Origin: an uncultured Gemmatimonadales bacterium
Lineage (GTDB): Bacteria > Gemmatimonadota > Gemmatimonadetes > Gemmatimonadales > GWC2-71-9
NCBI GenBank assembly: GCA_963795085.1
Contig: CAWCFX010000001.1
Location: forward strand, 32,001-96,000
Direction: 5' to 3'
DNA length: 64,000 bases
Positions 47,947 through 58,668 of this stretch are shown here, one piece after another. The notes under the pieces were generated by a model that worked only from the letters and a program-made list of their open reading frames with translations, had not been told where the DNA came from and did not search any database. Both the position numbers and the translations under genes were made by a program. Position 1 is the stretch's first letter. Every line of letters starts with the position of its first letter.

Positions 47947-50010
47947 TCAGCGGGGGCGCAGGCTCCGCAGCAGCTCTTCCCAGGCGCGATCGGTTTCCAC
48001 GGGCCGGTGACAGCTGGCGCCGGTGCAGGCGTAGGCGGCCACCGCGGGACCTCCCTCCAGCAGGGCGGCCAGGCTGGGCGGCAGCCGGGCCGGATCCACC
48101 GTCTTTGGGGTCAGCCGTTGCACTACCTTGCGGGGAAGGAAGGTAGCGAGGGCCCGGCGGTGCATCCGGTCCGCCTCGATGTTACCCTCGGAACCTGCAA
48201 TCACCAGGTGGGTGGCCGGATGCAGTTGCCAGTCCACGCCCAGCAGGAAGGTTGCGCCATGGAGGGAGAGCTCGGATGCCTTACCGGCGAAGGCCCGGAC
48301 GAGCGCGTCACGGCGTTCCCGCCAGCGCGGATCCATGGTGAGTTCGAAGAGTCGCGACAGGACCACCGCGGCAACGCCATTCGGCGATGGCGTGGGAGCG
48401 TCCTGCACCGGCTTGGCCGGCACCGGCAGCATCCCCGCCTGGTTCGGCGACGGCACCGCGTCGAAGAGCCCGCCCGAGCCGGGGTCCCAGTAGTCGCGCC
48501 ATACCCGCTCCATGATGGAATGGCTCCAGGAAAGCCATCCCTCCAGGCCGGTGGCCTCATGGGCATCCAGGGCCGCGGCGGCCGTATTCACCTGGTCTTC
48601 CAGCAATCCGGTGATTCCGCCCGGGGCATGAGCCAGGGCATCCGGCTCCGGATTCTCACGCCGGATCCGCTCCAGCGTCCGCAGGGCGTGGTCGCGGGCC
48701 CCGGGGTCCTCCAGCACGGTTCCCGCCCGGAGCATCGCGCCGGCCATCATGGCGTTCCAGTTGGTGTACCGGGTGCGGTCAATGAACGGAGTCGGCCGTG
48801 CGGCGCGGGCGACCCGGAGTTTCTGCCGGGCGGCGTCCAGCAGGCGGCCGGCCGTGTCCAGCGGATGCTGCAACTGGGCAGCGACCGTCTCCAGCGGCAG
48901 CGCAATGAACAGCACGTTCTTGCCGGGGTTGTGGTGCATCTCGCCGGCGGTGCCTATGTCGTAGTACGCGGCGGCGACCTCCAGCTCCTCGGCGCTCAGG
49001 ACAGCTTCCGCCTCCTGGTAGGTCCAGGTGAAGTAGTCTCCATCGTCGTCCAGGCCGACATCGGCGTCCTGGCTGGCCGCATACCCGCCCTCCGGGTCCG
49101 CCAGGACTTCCCCGACCCAGCGCACCGTGTCGGCCGCCGCGGCGCGGTACTCATCCCTCCCGAATACCGAAAACGCATCGAGGTAGGCCCGGAGCAGCTC
49201 CGAGTTGTCGTAGGACATTTTCTCGAAGTGGGGAACCATCCAGCGGGCATCGGTGCTGTAGCGGTGGAACCCCCCGCCCAGCTGATCATGGATGCCGCCC
49301 CGGGCCATCGCCAGCAGCTTGACCTCGATCATATCCCGTACGACCGGCTCGGGATGGTCCCACCAGCGATGCAGCAGGAGCCCGATGGCAGCCGGATGGG
49401 GAAACTTGGGAGCCGAGCCGAATCCGCCGTGGGTGAAGTCGAAGACCCGCTCCATCGCCCGCACCGCGCCGGCCAGCAGGGCCGCGCTGGCCTCGCCCGG
49501 GCCCGATTCATCCAGGGACTCGGCGATCAGGTCCCGGATCGCGGCGGCCTGGGTGGTGACCTGGGTCCGCTGCTCCCGGTAGACCCGCAGCACCTGCTCC
49601 AGGACCGAGCGAAATCCGGGGCGCCCGAACTTGCCGTCCGGAGGAAAGTAGGTGCCGCCGTAGAACGTCTCGCCCGCCGGCGTCAGGAACGCGGTGAGTG
49701 GCCAGCCACCCTGCCCGGTGAACGATTGCACCGCGCGCTGGTACCGGGCATCCACGTCGGGTCGCTCGTCCCGGTCCACTTTCACGCAGACAAAATTCTC
49801 GTTCAGAAACTCGGCCAGCGCCGGGTCTTCATACGACTCGCCGTCCATCACGTGGCACCAGTGGCACCAGACCGCACCGATGTCCAGGAGAATGGGGCGG
49901 TCGCCCGATGCCGCGGCGGCAAACGCGTCGTCACTCCACGAGTACCAGTGCACCGGCTGGTGGGCGGCCGACTTGAGATAGGCAGAGGTGGCGGAGTCGA
50001 GGTGGTTCAT
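47947..50010 (-). CDS. Thioredoxin-domain protein, YyaL/SPATA20 family
   Basis: [35 protein letters not shown]. Confidence 0.92.
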   Translation of the reverse strand: MNHLDSATSAYLKSAAHQPVHWYSWSDDAFAAAASGDRPILLDIGAVWCHWCHVMDGESYEDPALAEFLNENFVCVKVDRDERPDVDARYQRAVQSFTGQGGWPLTAFLTPAGETFYGGTYFPPDGKFGRPGFRSVLEQVLRVYREQRTQVTTQAAAIRDLIAESLDESGPGEASAALLAGAVRAMERVFDFTHGGFGSAPKFPHPAAIGLLLHRWWDHPEPVVRDMIEVKLLAMARGGIHDQLGGGFHRYSTDARWMVPHFEKMSYDNSELLRAYLDAFSVFGRDEYRAAAADTVRWVGEVLADPEGGYAASQDADVGLDDDGDYFTWTYQEAEAVLSAEELEVAAAYYDIGTAGEMHHNPGKNVLFIALPLETVAAQLQHPLDTAGRLLDAARQKLRVARAARPTPFIDRTRYTNWNAMMAGAMLRAGTVLEDPGARDHALRTLERIRRENPEPDALAHAPGGITGLLEDQVNTAAAALDAHEATGLEGWLSWSHSIMERVWRDYWDPGSGGLFDAVPSPNQAGMLPVPAKPVQDAPTPSPNGVAAVVLSRLFELTMDPRWRERRDALVRAFAGKASELSLHGATFLLGVDWQLHPATHLVIAGSEGNIEADRMHRRALATFLPRKVVQRLTPKTVDPARLPPSLAALLEGGPAVAAYACTGASCHRPVETDRAWEELLRSLRPR

Positions 50011-50151
50011 TGGGTCAATCTACGGTGGTGAAGCCTTGAACGGTGTGATTGAAGCCACTAGCGGCAACACCGGCATCCGATGCTCAAACATTCATCATGA
50101 AGGCACGAAAGAGAATCGACGAAGTCCTGGGTGCGGAGGCCGAGCAATGTT

Positions 50152-50883
50152 TCAGCCTTTTTTATGTTTTCGTGCTTTCGTGACGGCCTTTTTTTCAAAC
50201 TTCCCGGATGCCCACGTTTCACCGGACGGACATATATCCACCAGCACGCACCGGTCATGCTGGGGGCGCCGCGCGATACACACCTGGCGCCCGTGCTCGA
50301 TCAGCAGATGGGAGACCAGGGTCCAGTCCTCCCGCGGAATCACCGCCATCAGGTCCTGCTCGATCTTTTCCGCGTCGGTGTGCGGGGTGAGGCCCAGCAG
50401 CCCGCTGAGGCGGGTCACATGGGTGTCCACCGTGATCCCCTCGTTCATGCCGAAGGCATTTCCCAGGACCACGTTGGCAGTCTTGCGGCCGACGCCGGGC
50501 AGGGCGCGCAGCTCTTCCATGCTCCGCGGGAGTTCGCCGCCGTGCCTGGCCACGACTGCCTGGGCCATGCCGATGAGGCTCTTCGCCTTGTTGCGGAAGA
50601 ACCCGGTGGAGCGGATCAGCTCCTCCAGTGCCGGCGTTTCGGCCCGGGCCAGCTCATAGACGGATGGGTAACGGGTAAAGAGCGCGGGGGTGACCATGTT
50701 CACCCGGACATCGGTGCATTGCGCCGACAGGATGGTGGCGACGAGCAGCTGGTAGGGCGACTGGTGGACCAGCGCGCAGTGGGCGTCCGGGTATTCCGCC
50801 TTGAGCCGGCGCAGCACTTCGAGCGGCGGGGCCCCCGCCGGACGGCGCTTCCGGCGCGGCTTGCTCGCGCGCGCTGGAGTCAC
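50152..50883 (-). CDS. nth: Endonuclease III
   Basis: ILSAQCTD, HhH LPGVGRKTAN, VDTH; Fe-S motif C-x6-H-x2-C-x5-C; GTGA overlap with polX. Confidence 0.93.
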   Translation of the reverse strand: MTPARASKPRRKRRPAGAPPLEVLRRLKAEYPDAHCALVHQSPYQLLVATILSAQCTDVRVNMVTPALFTRYPSVYELARAETPALEELIRSTGFFRNKAKSLIGMAQAVVARHGGELPRSMEELRALPGVGRKTANVVLGNAFGMNEGITVDTHVTRLSGLLGLTPHTDAEKIEQDLMAVIPREDWTLVSHLLIEHGRQVCIARRPQHDRCVLVDICPSGETWASGKFEKKAVTKARKHKKG

Positions 50884-52625
50884 CGGCCGGCGACCCGGGC
50901 TTCCTGCCCGGCATGGCCGCCGACCCGGGCAAGGAATGCCCCGAGGGGGAGTGCGTTCAGCACGTGCTGCGGGGTGAGCCACCCTTTCCGCGCGATGCCG
51001 ATGCCGTTGTCCACATGGCGTAAGGTGGGAATGCTGTGGGCATCGGCGCCGATGGAGATCATGATGCCGCGGTCTCCGGCCTTCCTCAGGATTCGCCAGT
51101 CGAGGTCCAGCCGGTGAGGATCCGCGTTCAACTCCATCGCGATTCCCTTCTCAGCGGCCTTCTCCATGACGGCATCGAGGTCGATCGGGTACGGGTTCCG
51201 GGCCAGCAGCAGCCGTCCGGTCGGGTGGCCGATGATCGACACGAAGGGGTTGTCCATCGCGGCAAGCATCCGGCGGGTCATCTCCGCCTCGTTCATGTTG
51301 AAGCGGCTGTGGATCGAGGCGATGACAAAATCCAGCTTGCTCAGCACGGCTTCGTCGTAATCCACCCGGCCATCGGCCAGGATGTCGGCCTCGATGCCTT
51401 TCAGCACCCGGATGCCGGCCAGCCGCCCGTTGACCTCGTCGATCTCGTCACCCTGCCGGGCAAGATCATCGGCGGAGAGACCCCCGGCATAGGCGGCGCT
51501 CATGCTGTGATCGGTGATGCCCACGTAGCTGTACCCCGCCGCCTGGCAGGCCAGCGCCAGTTGCTCCACGGTCGAGGTGCCGTCGGAATAGTTCGTGTGA
51601 CAGTGCAGAAGCCCGTGCAGGTCTTCGCGCTGCACCAGCCGGGGCAGCGCGTTCCGCGCAGCGGCTTCGACCTCGCCGGCACCTTCCCGCAATTCGGGCG
51701 GCACCGAAGCCAGGCCCAGCTGGCGGTAGAAGGCGTCCTCGTCGGCGGTCGGGACGAAGGTGCTGCCTTTCCAGAGCGCTGCCCCGTCAAGGGCATGCCC
51801 GGTCTCCCGGGCCCGGGCCGCGAGCTGCTCCAGGTGGGACTCGCTGCCGGTGGCCTGCACCAGGACGGCCCCGGCGTTGACAGCCGTGGTGACCACGATC
51901 TGGGCGGCCGACCCGCCGGCAAAACGCAGGGTGACCCGCCGCTCATCCTGCCCGGAGAACTCGTTGACACCCGGCAGGGTGCGCAGCCGTTTGAAGATCT
52001 CCTCCGGCGGCACCGATGCGACGAGCACGAGGACGATGTCCCGCACCAGTTCGCAGCGCCGGCGCACCTCTCCCGCGACGACGACCTGGAGGACGCCAGG
52101 GATCCTTTCCAGGTCCTGGCGAAAGGCGTTGGCCTCTTCGTCGGCGTGGTGGGCCAGCCGGAACCCGCTGGTCTGCCTCAGGAACGCGATGCTCTTGAGC
52201 AGGTTCTCGGCGGTCTTGGGACCAAACCGGGGGAGGCCGGACAGCCGTCCATCCCGGGCCGCCGCTTCGAGCTCGGGGATCGAATCGATGCCGAGCGTAT
52301 CGTGGATCTGGCGAATCTTGGCGACGCCGAGGCCGGAAATGGAAAGCATCTCGACCAGGCCCGCCGGAATCTGCTCCCGTAATTCTTCCAGAAGCGAGGA
52401 CCGTCCGGTCCGGGCCAGCTCGCTCACGATCTGCAGGGTGGCGGGCCCGATGCCTCGGGCCGCCGCCAGGGATCCGTCTTCGAGGGCGGGCTCCAGTTCC
52501 CCGGGAAGGCTTCGTAACACTCGCGCGGCGGTGACAAAGGCCCGCACCCGGAAGGCGTTCTCGCCCTTCAGTTCCATGAAGGACGCGATCTGCTCCAGGG
52601 TGTAGGCCGCGGTGCGTTTGTCCAT
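50880..52625 (-). CDS. polX: PolX-PHP DNA polymerase/3'-5' exonuclease (non-canonical polymerase site)
   Basis: GENAFRVRAF, HhH motifs, QATGS, PPELRE; PHP motifs HCHT, TDHS, GHP, DAH. Confidence 0.92.
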   Translation of the reverse strand: MDKRTAAYTLEQIASFMELKGENAFRVRAFVTAARVLRSLPGELEPALEDGSLAAARGIGPATLQIVSELARTGRSSLLEELREQIPAGLVEMLSISGLGVAKIRQIHDTLGIDSIPELEAAARDGRLSGLPRFGPKTAENLLKSIAFLRQTSGFRLAHHADEEANAFRQDLERIPGVLQVVVAGEVRRRCELVRDIVLVLVASVPPEEIFKRLRTLPGVNEFSGQDERRVTLRFAGGSAAQIVVTTAVNAGAVLVQATGSESHLEQLAARARETGHALDGAALWKGSTFVPTADEDAFYRQLGLASVPPELREGAGEVEAAARNALPRLVQREDLHGLLHCHTNYSDGTSTVEQLALACQAAGYSYVGITDHSMSAAYAGGLSADDLARQGDEIDEVNGRLAGIRVLKGIEADILADGRVDYDEAVLSKLDFVIASIHSRFNMNEAEMTRRMLAAMDNPFVSIIGHPTGRLLLARNPYPIDLDAVMEKAAEKGIAMELNADPHRLDLDWRILRKAGDRGIMISIGADAHSIPTLRHVDNGIGIARKGWLTPQHVLNALPLGAFLARVGGHAGQEARVAGR

Positions 52626-53284
52626 CAGGCTGCCCGTTCCGGCTGCCGGGCCACGTCCGAGGCGCGGGCGCCCAGCTCGACCAGCTCGGCCGCCCCGTCC
52701 ACCGAGTAGAGGTTGGCGGCCGCCCCGCCGGGAAGCAACGGCGCGAACAAGTGGGTGCCATCGGGACGGGTGGCCTGGCCCAACCGGGGACCGCTCACCT
52801 CGGCGACGCTGAACCCCACCCGGTCGGGGTGCAGACCGAAGATGCCGAGCACCCGGTACTCCTCTCCGACGGGCGTGACGAACACGCCGTCCAGCGGTTC
52901 ATGGGGCGCGCCTTCGTTGATCTGGGCCCACAGGGTTCGTTCCGGGAACTGGATGTAGGTGGTCGGGAAGTGGCCATTGCCCTTGCCGCTCCGGGACAGC
53001 AACTCCTCGGTTTGCTCCTGGGAGAGCTGCACGACCCGTTGGCCGTCGTTCCAGAAGAGGTAGGCGTTGTGCAGCAGGGCGACGTGCTGGTCCACCGCCT
53101 CGCCAACGCCTTCATCGGGGACGATATCCCGGAGCACCTGCACCACGTGGCGGTCGAGCAGAAAGGCATCGCGGTTGGCGGGATCCACCGAGGCGTTTTC
53201 CAGCGAACTCCTGATCTCCGGGAATCGCTCCCGGGCGATTCCCTCGAAAACCAGGTGGAACGGAGAAGGGCGTGGTGCAGTCAT
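52625..53284 (-). CDS. Hypothetical protein
   Basis: 219-aa ORF translationally coupled to polX (TGATG); TACTTT 6 nt before the ATG. Confidence 0.7.
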   Translation of the reverse strand: MTAPRPSPFHLVFEGIARERFPEIRSSLENASVDPANRDAFLLDRHVVQVLRDIVPDEGVGEAVDQHVALLHNAYLFWNDGQRVVQLSQEQTEELLSRSGKGNGHFPTTYIQFPERTLWAQINEGAPHEPLDGVFVTPVGEEYRVLGIFGLHPDRVGFSVAEVSGPRLGQATRPDGTHLFAPLLPGGAAANLYSVDGAAELVELGARASDVARQPERAA

Positions 53285-53318
53285 TCAGGTAAAGTAATGC
53301 CGCCGGGGGGCGGCGTGA

Positions 53319-54149
53319 CTAGCGGGGCAGAAAGTCGTGCAGAAGTTGTTTAAACGCTTGTGGAGCCTCGACATAGGGTACGTGGCCAGAGCCGGCCAGA
53401 AGGTGGAAGGGCGCGTGAAGAATCTCCGCCGTGGCCCGGGCCGTCGCCGCCGGGATGGGATCGCAGTCGCCGTGGAGGACGATGGCCGGTACGTGCAGCC
53501 CGGCCAGGGCGGGGCGCAGGTCGTAATCGCCCAGGCTGGTCCAGACTTCTTCCATCGTGCGCCCGGTGACGCGGAAGGGCGTCATGTCCCGTGCTTTGTC
53601 CGGGTCACAGAAGTAGGCGGCCACCGACAGATCGAAGACCTGGCGCCGGTATCGTTCCGGCGCCTGTTCGCGGAGACCACTTTCCCGGAGCTGGCGCCGC
53701 TGGTCCTGGAGGGCCGGGTCGAGGTTCCGCTCCGCGAAAATCGCTTCGAACTCCGCACGGGCTTCCCGCCAGGCGGGCGCGTGCGATACCAGGGCCAGGT
53801 GGCTCACCTGCCGCGGGTAGCGGGTGGCGTAGAGCAGCGCCAGCAGGCCGCCCCAGGAATAGCCGGCGATCGCCAGCCGGTCGAGTCCCCAGGTCTCCCG
53901 CAGCGCTTCGAGGTCTTCCACCTGTTCCTCCCAGCCCACCGGCACCTCCCGCTCCACCGGCGACTGGCCACCCCCCCGCTGGTCGTAGTAGATGAGGGTT
54001 CGCCCCTCGGCCAGCACGTCAAAACCGGGGCGCAGGTAGTCGTGATGCGCACCGGGCCCCCCGTGAAGCACCACGACGGGGGGACCCGATCCCACGCGGC
54101 GCTCGAACAGGTCCACGCCGCGGATGTTGCGGGAGGTGGTCTCAGCCAT
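53319..54149 (-). CDS. Alpha/beta hydrolase (proline iminopeptidase-like)
   Basis: HGGPG, YDQRGGG, GYSWG, GDCD, GH. Confidence 0.9.
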   Translation of the reverse strand: MAETTSRNIRGVDLFERRVGSGPPVVVLHGGPGAHHDYLRPGFDVLAEGRTLIYYDQRGGGQSPVEREVPVGWEEQVEDLEALRETWGLDRLAIAGYSWGGLLALLYATRYPRQVSHLALVSHAPAWREARAEFEAIFAERNLDPALQDQRRQLRESGLREQAPERYRRQVFDLSVAAYFCDPDKARDMTPFRVTGRTMEEVWTSLGDYDLRPALAGLHVPAIVLHGDCDPIPAATARATAEILHAPFHLLAGSGHVPYVEAPQAFKQLLHDFLPR

Positions 54150-55068
54150 AGCTCTCGGTCACGATCCTCACGCTTTCCGAATGAATCGCCGCGATGTCCT
54201 CGACCGACCTGGCGTAGCCGCCGGCCATCGTGAGCACCAGCGGCAGGCCCCGGGCCCGCACGGCGCCGGCCACCAGCCGGTCCCGCTCCGCCAGCCCTTC
54301 GCGGGTCAGTCCCAGCCGGCCGAACCGGTCCTCGCGGTAGGCGTCGGACCCCGCGAGGTAGAACACCAGGTCCGGCGCCCCCGCATCGAGCACCGGCTCC
54401 AGGTGCTGCCGGAGGGTCGCCAGGTAGGCGGCGTCCTCGCAGCCGTCGTCCAGTTCCACGTCGAGGGTACTGGGTTCCCTGTGGAAAGGGTAGTTCTTCC
54501 GGCCATGCATGGAAAAGGTAAAGACATCGGGGTCGCCCGCGAATATCCGGGCGGTGCCGTTGCCCTGGTGGACATCGAGGTCCAGGACGAGCACCCGGCC
54601 GATGCGTCCTTCCCGCTCCAGCACGCGGGTGGCGACCGCGACATCGTTGAATACGCAGAACCCCTCACCGTGGCCGGGAAAGGCGTGGTGCGTCCCGCCG
54701 GCCAGGGTGATGCCGGCTCCCCGGTCCAGGGCATCGCGGGCGGCCTCGAGAGTCGCCTGGACCGTGCGCAGGGACCGCTCCCGCAGCTGTTCGCTCCAGG
54801 GGAAGCCGAGCCGGCGGGCGTCTGCCGCCGGCAGGGTGCCGTGCAGGATCTGGTCGAGATACTCTGGCGTGTGCACCAGGGCGAGGGCCCAGCGTTCGGC
54901 GCGATCGGGCTCGAGGATGGCGTCCGCGGGAAGGATTCCGCGCCGGATGACCGCGTCCCGGATCAGCGGGTACTTCGCGATGGGAAAACGGTGCCCGGGC
55001 GGCAGGTCTATCGTGAAACGGGCCGACGACCAGGCCCGGAGGGAAAGCCTGCTATCGGCCACCGGCAA
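54142..55068 (-). CDS. Histone deacetylase-like amidohydrolase
   Basis: GHRFP, GGTHHA, GFCVFND, DLDVHQGNGT, GGY. Confidence 0.93.
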   Translation of the reverse strand: MPVADSRLSLRAWSSARFTIDLPPGHRFPIAKYPLIRDAVIRRGILPADAILEPDRAERWALALVHTPEYLDQILHGTLPAADARRLGFPWSEQLRERSLRTVQATLEAARDALDRGAGITLAGGTHHAFPGHGEGFCVFNDVAVATRVLEREGRIGRVLVLDLDVHQGNGTARIFAGDPDVFTFSMHGRKNYPFHREPSTLDVELDDGCEDAAYLATLRQHLEPVLDAGAPDLVFYLAGSDAYREDRFGRLGLTREGLAERDRLVAGAVRARGLPLVLTMAGGYARSVEDIAAIHSESVRIVTESYG

Positions 55069-55086
55069 TCGGCAATCGGCGATGGC
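55053..55086. repeat. 7-mer tandem repeat (AATCGGC-like x4-5)
   Basis: tatcggc caccggc aatcggc aatcggc gatggc. Confidence 0.7.
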
Positions 55087-55089
55087 TGG

Positions 55090-55548
55090 TCACAACAACA
55101 CCGCCAGCGCGTCCGCGATCTGTTTGACGGCCGCTTCTTCCTCGATGGCGAACGGATTGGGGACGTCGCTGTCCACGTCGACCTGGCCCAGGATGAGGGC
55201 ACCCCGGCGGATGAGCACCACCAGCTCGGAACGGGTGAACGCGTTGCAGGCGATGTAATTGGTGATGGCCCGGACATCGCCCACGTTCTGATCTTCGCCG
55301 GTGGCCACCGCGGTGCCGCAGACGCCGTGGCCCACCGCAATCCGGGTGTGCTCGGTTTCCCGGCCGGCGTACGCCTCGAGGACCAGGTCCTCGCCGTGGA
55401 GCATGTAGAGGTACACCGAGGTGTACGGCGCGCCCGCCGCCTGCATCCGGTCGGCGGCAAGCTGAAGCAGGGCCTGGCGGCCGACTTCGCGGGCGAAGGC
55501 GCCCCGGAGGGCGGCGACGATACGTTCGGGGTCGAGGACCGAGGGCAT
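55090..55548 (-). CDS. GAF-domain protein, free Met-R-sulfoxide reductase-like
   Basis: HTRI..G.GVCG, NYIAC, RSELVV, DVDS. Confidence 0.85.
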   Translation of the reverse strand: MPSVLDPERIVAALRGAFAREVGRQALLQLAADRMQAAGAPYTSVYLYMLHGEDLVLEAYAGRETEHTRIAVGHGVCGTAVATGEDQNVGDVRAITNYIACNAFTRSELVVLIRRGALILGQVDVDSDVPNPFAIEEEAAVKQIADALAVLL

Positions 55549-55559
55549 GCTGTGGGTCT

Positions 55560-56825
55560 CTAGGTTGAGCGGGATCCCAGGGTGGCGGTCACGGTCTGCC
55601 GGTTTCCGTTCCGGATGAATTCGAGCTGGACCTCGTCCCCGGCCCGGTGGGCACGGAGCGCATCGGTCATGGCCTGCAGGTCCTGGACCGGATGATCGCC
55701 GATCCGCACCAGGATATCGCCCTCGACCAGGCCGGCTTTCTCGGCGGGGCTTCCGGCCCGCACGCCGGAGATCCGCACCCCGCCGGGATTCTCAGTCATG
55801 TCCGGCACCGTCCCCAGGTAGGCTCCGTAGCCGGGGGTGGCGACGGCCCCGGCGTGCGGATTGGGCGGCGCCGCGTCCACGAAGGTGAGCGGCGCGGCGC
55901 GTTCCGCCAGGGCTCGCACGATGCTCGCGGTATAGTCGGCGACCCGGACCAGCCCGTCCACGTTGATCAGGTTCCAGTCATCGCTGGTACGGTGGTAGTC
56001 CTCGTGGAGATCGGTGAACAGGTGCAGCACCGGCCGCTTGGCCGCGAAGAAGGACGCCTGGTCGCTGGGGCCGTAGCCATCGCCCTGTTTCTTGAGGTCG
56101 AACCCGGCGTACCAGTTCAGCGAGTCGAGCAGCGCGGGAAACTCCCGGGCCGTTTCGACGCCGTACGCCACCAGCCGCCGGTTCTTCAGCCGTCCCACCA
56201 TGTCCATGTTGATCATGGCCACGGTGGCCATGAGCGGGTAGAGCGGCTGCTTCACATACCAGGCCGAGCCCAGCAGGCCCAGCTCCTCCCCGCTGAAGGC
56301 GATGAACACCACGGTGCGCGCCGGCGGATGCATCGCAAGGCGGGAGGCAATGTGGATCAGGGCGGCGGTGCCGGAAGCATTGTCGTCCGCGCCGTTATGG
56401 ACCTGGCCGCGGACGTCGGGGTCGAGCGCGCCTGACCCGGGCCCGCCCAGGCCCAGGTGGTCATAGTGCGCCCCCACGATGACGATCTCGTGGCGCCGAG
56501 CGGGGTCCCGGCCCGGCAGGACCCCGATCACGTTCCGGGCCCGGACCTCTCCCAGCCGGAGCTGGGCGACGGCCGGCGCATCGCGGGCAACCGTGAAAGT
56601 CTGGAACCAGCCCTGGGAGGAGGGCTGCAGTCCGGCCGCCGCAAACCGGCGGGCAATGTACTCGGCGGCGCTATCGGCGCCCCGGCTGCCGATGAGACGG
56701 CCGGCCAGCTCATCGGAGGCCAGGTAGCGGACGTCCGCCAGCAGCGTGTAGGCCTCTGGTGTGGTCTGGGCGGCGGCGGGCAGGGCCAGCAGCAGGGCAA
56801 GGAGGGCAGGCTTCAGTGATGTCAT
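55560..56825 (-). CDS. M28 family peptidase with C-terminal PDZ
   Basis: GAHYDH, NGADDNASG, GEELGLLGS, DMVG, YH; PDZ GSPAEKAGL. Confidence 0.92.
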   Translation of the reverse strand: MTSLKPALLALLLALPAAAQTTPEAYTLLADVRYLASDELAGRLIGSRGADSAAEYIARRFAAAGLQPSSQGWFQTFTVARDAPAVAQLRLGEVRARNVIGVLPGRDPARRHEIVIVGAHYDHLGLGGPGSGALDPDVRGQVHNGADDNASGTAALIHIASRLAMHPPARTVVFIAFSGEELGLLGSAWYVKQPLYPLMATVAMINMDMVGRLKNRRLVAYGVETAREFPALLDSLNWYAGFDLKKQGDGYGPSDQASFFAAKRPVLHLFTDLHEDYHRTSDDWNLINVDGLVRVADYTASIVRALAERAAPLTFVDAAPPNPHAGAVATPGYGAYLGTVPDMTENPGGVRISGVRAGSPAEKAGLVEGDILVRIGDHPVQDLQAMTDALRAHRAGDEVQLEFIRNGNRQTVTATLGSRST

Positions 56826-56953
56826 GGAGCAGGAAATCTAACGGGAACCGCCGGATTTTGGGCAGGGAATCTCGATTTTCAGGCGTTTCAGCGTTGCCGC
56901 ACCTTCGCTGGGGCTATATCTTGACTGTGGCGCCGGTTAGCCGGCTCCTACCC

Positions 56954-58531
56954 ATGACGAGATCCTCAGCCATTGCCGACTGCTTCGCGCGGGTGGTCTT
57001 CCTTCTTCGAGACGTTCCAGATGACCGGGATGCCCAGAAGGACGCGTTCCGTGCGCTCCTGATCCGGATCACGGACCAGCCACTCCGCATTGCGGTCGGC
57101 AACGGCCGCCTCCTGGTCGACGACGAAGTCGTGGAGCCGGAAACGCCCGGCACCGTCGCCTTGCGGCGCCAGTTGCTGGGCCACGGGGTCGGCGCGCTCT
57201 CGATCCCTCCGGGGCTCAATCCCGGGCAGGTGCTTACCGTGGTCCGGGCGATGGCCGCCCCCGTCGGCGCCTTTCCCCGCCTGCAGCAGCTTGCCGATCA
57301 TTTCACCGTCTCCGGCGTGGATGGCGTGGTCATCACGCCGCCGCTGCCGTCCGCGTCCGTCAATGCGACCGAGCCGGTTTCCCGGAACACGCCGCCCAGG
57401 GCCGTGGCGCCGCCCGCCCTGCCGGATCCCGAGGAGGCCGCCGATGACGCGGGCGAGATTGCCGCGCTGGGCCCCGATGCCGCCAACGAGGAGTCGGTCG
57501 GGCTGCTGCACTTCGTCACCCTGGAGATGAAGTCCATCGGCCGGCTGGACGAGTTGCTGATCGAACTGGAGCGCCATCCCAGTTCGGCCGACACCGGGGA
57601 ACTGCTGAACGAGGTGCTGGCGTTTGGCGAAGGGGCCAGCCAGAAGGAGGAATGGGAGGAACTGGCCCGGGTGGGGGCGGCCCTGGTGCGGCTGGAGAGC
57701 CAGGCCAGCGACGAATCGCAGCGGCGCCTCTACGGGATCGCGCTGCGGCGCCTGATCTCTCCTTCCAGCCTGGAGCAGATCGCCCGGCTGCTGCCGCTGA
57801 GCGAGCAGCGGGAGACCGCCATCACCACTCTCCGTCGGATGGGCGCCGACGCTACCGAGGTGCTGGTCCAGTTGCTGATCGCCGAAACCGACGTGGGCCG
57901 CCGGCGGGTGTACTTCAACGCCGTGACCCAGATGACCGAGGGGTCCGAACTCCTGGTCCACATGCTGGGCCACGACGAGTGGTTCGTGGTGCGGAACGTC
58001 GCCGAGCTGTGCGGTGAGATGATGCTGGAGGAGGCGGTGCCCAGCCTGTCCCGGCTGCTCAGCCACAGCGACGAACGGGTGCGCCGGGCGGCGGCCGGTG
58101 CGCTGGGGCGGATCGGATCCGCGGCGACCCTGGAGCCGCTGCGCAACGCCCTCCAGGACACCAGCGCCATGGTCCGGCTGCAGGCCGCGTCGGCGGTGGA
58201 AGGCACCCGGGGCAAGAGCCTGGTCCCCGCCCTGATTCGTCTGCTGGAGGACGAAAGCCATCCCGACGTTCAGCGGGAAATGCTGCATGCCCTCGGCCGC
58301 ACCGGCACCCCGGAGGCGGTGGAGGCGCTGGTCCGGGCCAGCCAGCCGGCGCGCGGTCTGTTCAAGAAAAAGTCCACCGCGCTCAGGGCCGAGGCGGTCG
58401 AAGGGCTCCGGCTGGCCGGCGGGCCGGAGGCCGCCGCCGCGCTCAAGGACCTGCAGAAAGACAAAGAGGACGCCGTCCGTCATGCGGCGGTTTACGCCCT
58501 CAAGACCGTGCTGCAAACTCCCCGGAACTGA
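56954..58531 (+). CDS. HEAT-repeat protein
   Basis: WFVVRNVAEL, DERVRRAAAGALG, VRLQAA and similar repeats. Confidence 0.85.
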   Translation: MTRSSAIADCFARVVFLLRDVPDDRDAQKDAFRALLIRITDQPLRIAVGNGRLLVDDEVVEPETPGTVALRRQLLGHGVGALSIPPGLNPGQVLTVVRAMAAPVGAFPRLQQLADHFTVSGVDGVVITPPLPSASVNATEPVSRNTPPRAVAPPALPDPEEAADDAGEIAALGPDAANEESVGLLHFVTLEMKSIGRLDELLIELERHPSSADTGELLNEVLAFGEGASQKEEWEELARVGAALVRLESQASDESQRRLYGIALRRLISPSSLEQIARLLPLSEQRETAITTLRRMGADATEVLVQLLIAETDVGRRRVYFNAVTQMTEGSELLVHMLGHDEWFVVRNVAELCGEMMLEEAVPSLSRLLSHSDERVRRAAAGALGRIGSAATLEPLRNALQDTSAMVRLQAASAVEGTRGKSLVPALIRLLEDESHPDVQREMLHALGRTGTPEAVEALVRASQPARGLFKKKSTALRAEAVEGLRLAGGPEAAAALKDLQKDKEDAVRHAAVYALKTVLQTPRN

Positions 58532-58617
58532 GTCCGCCGCCAGCCCGGTACGACCAAGCTCGAACTACCACAGAACAGGCCCATTTCTCTCGGACGCCAG
58601 CCCTGCCCGAGACAACA

Positions 58618-58660
58618 AAGCACGAAATGGTCCCGCCCATCTCTCCCGGATTTCGTGCTT
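58618..58660. repeat. GCACGAA inverted-repeat pair (terminator-like) between convergent genes
   Basis: aagcacgaaat / atttcgtgctt. Confidence 0.65.
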
Positions 58661-58668
58661 GGTCGTCC

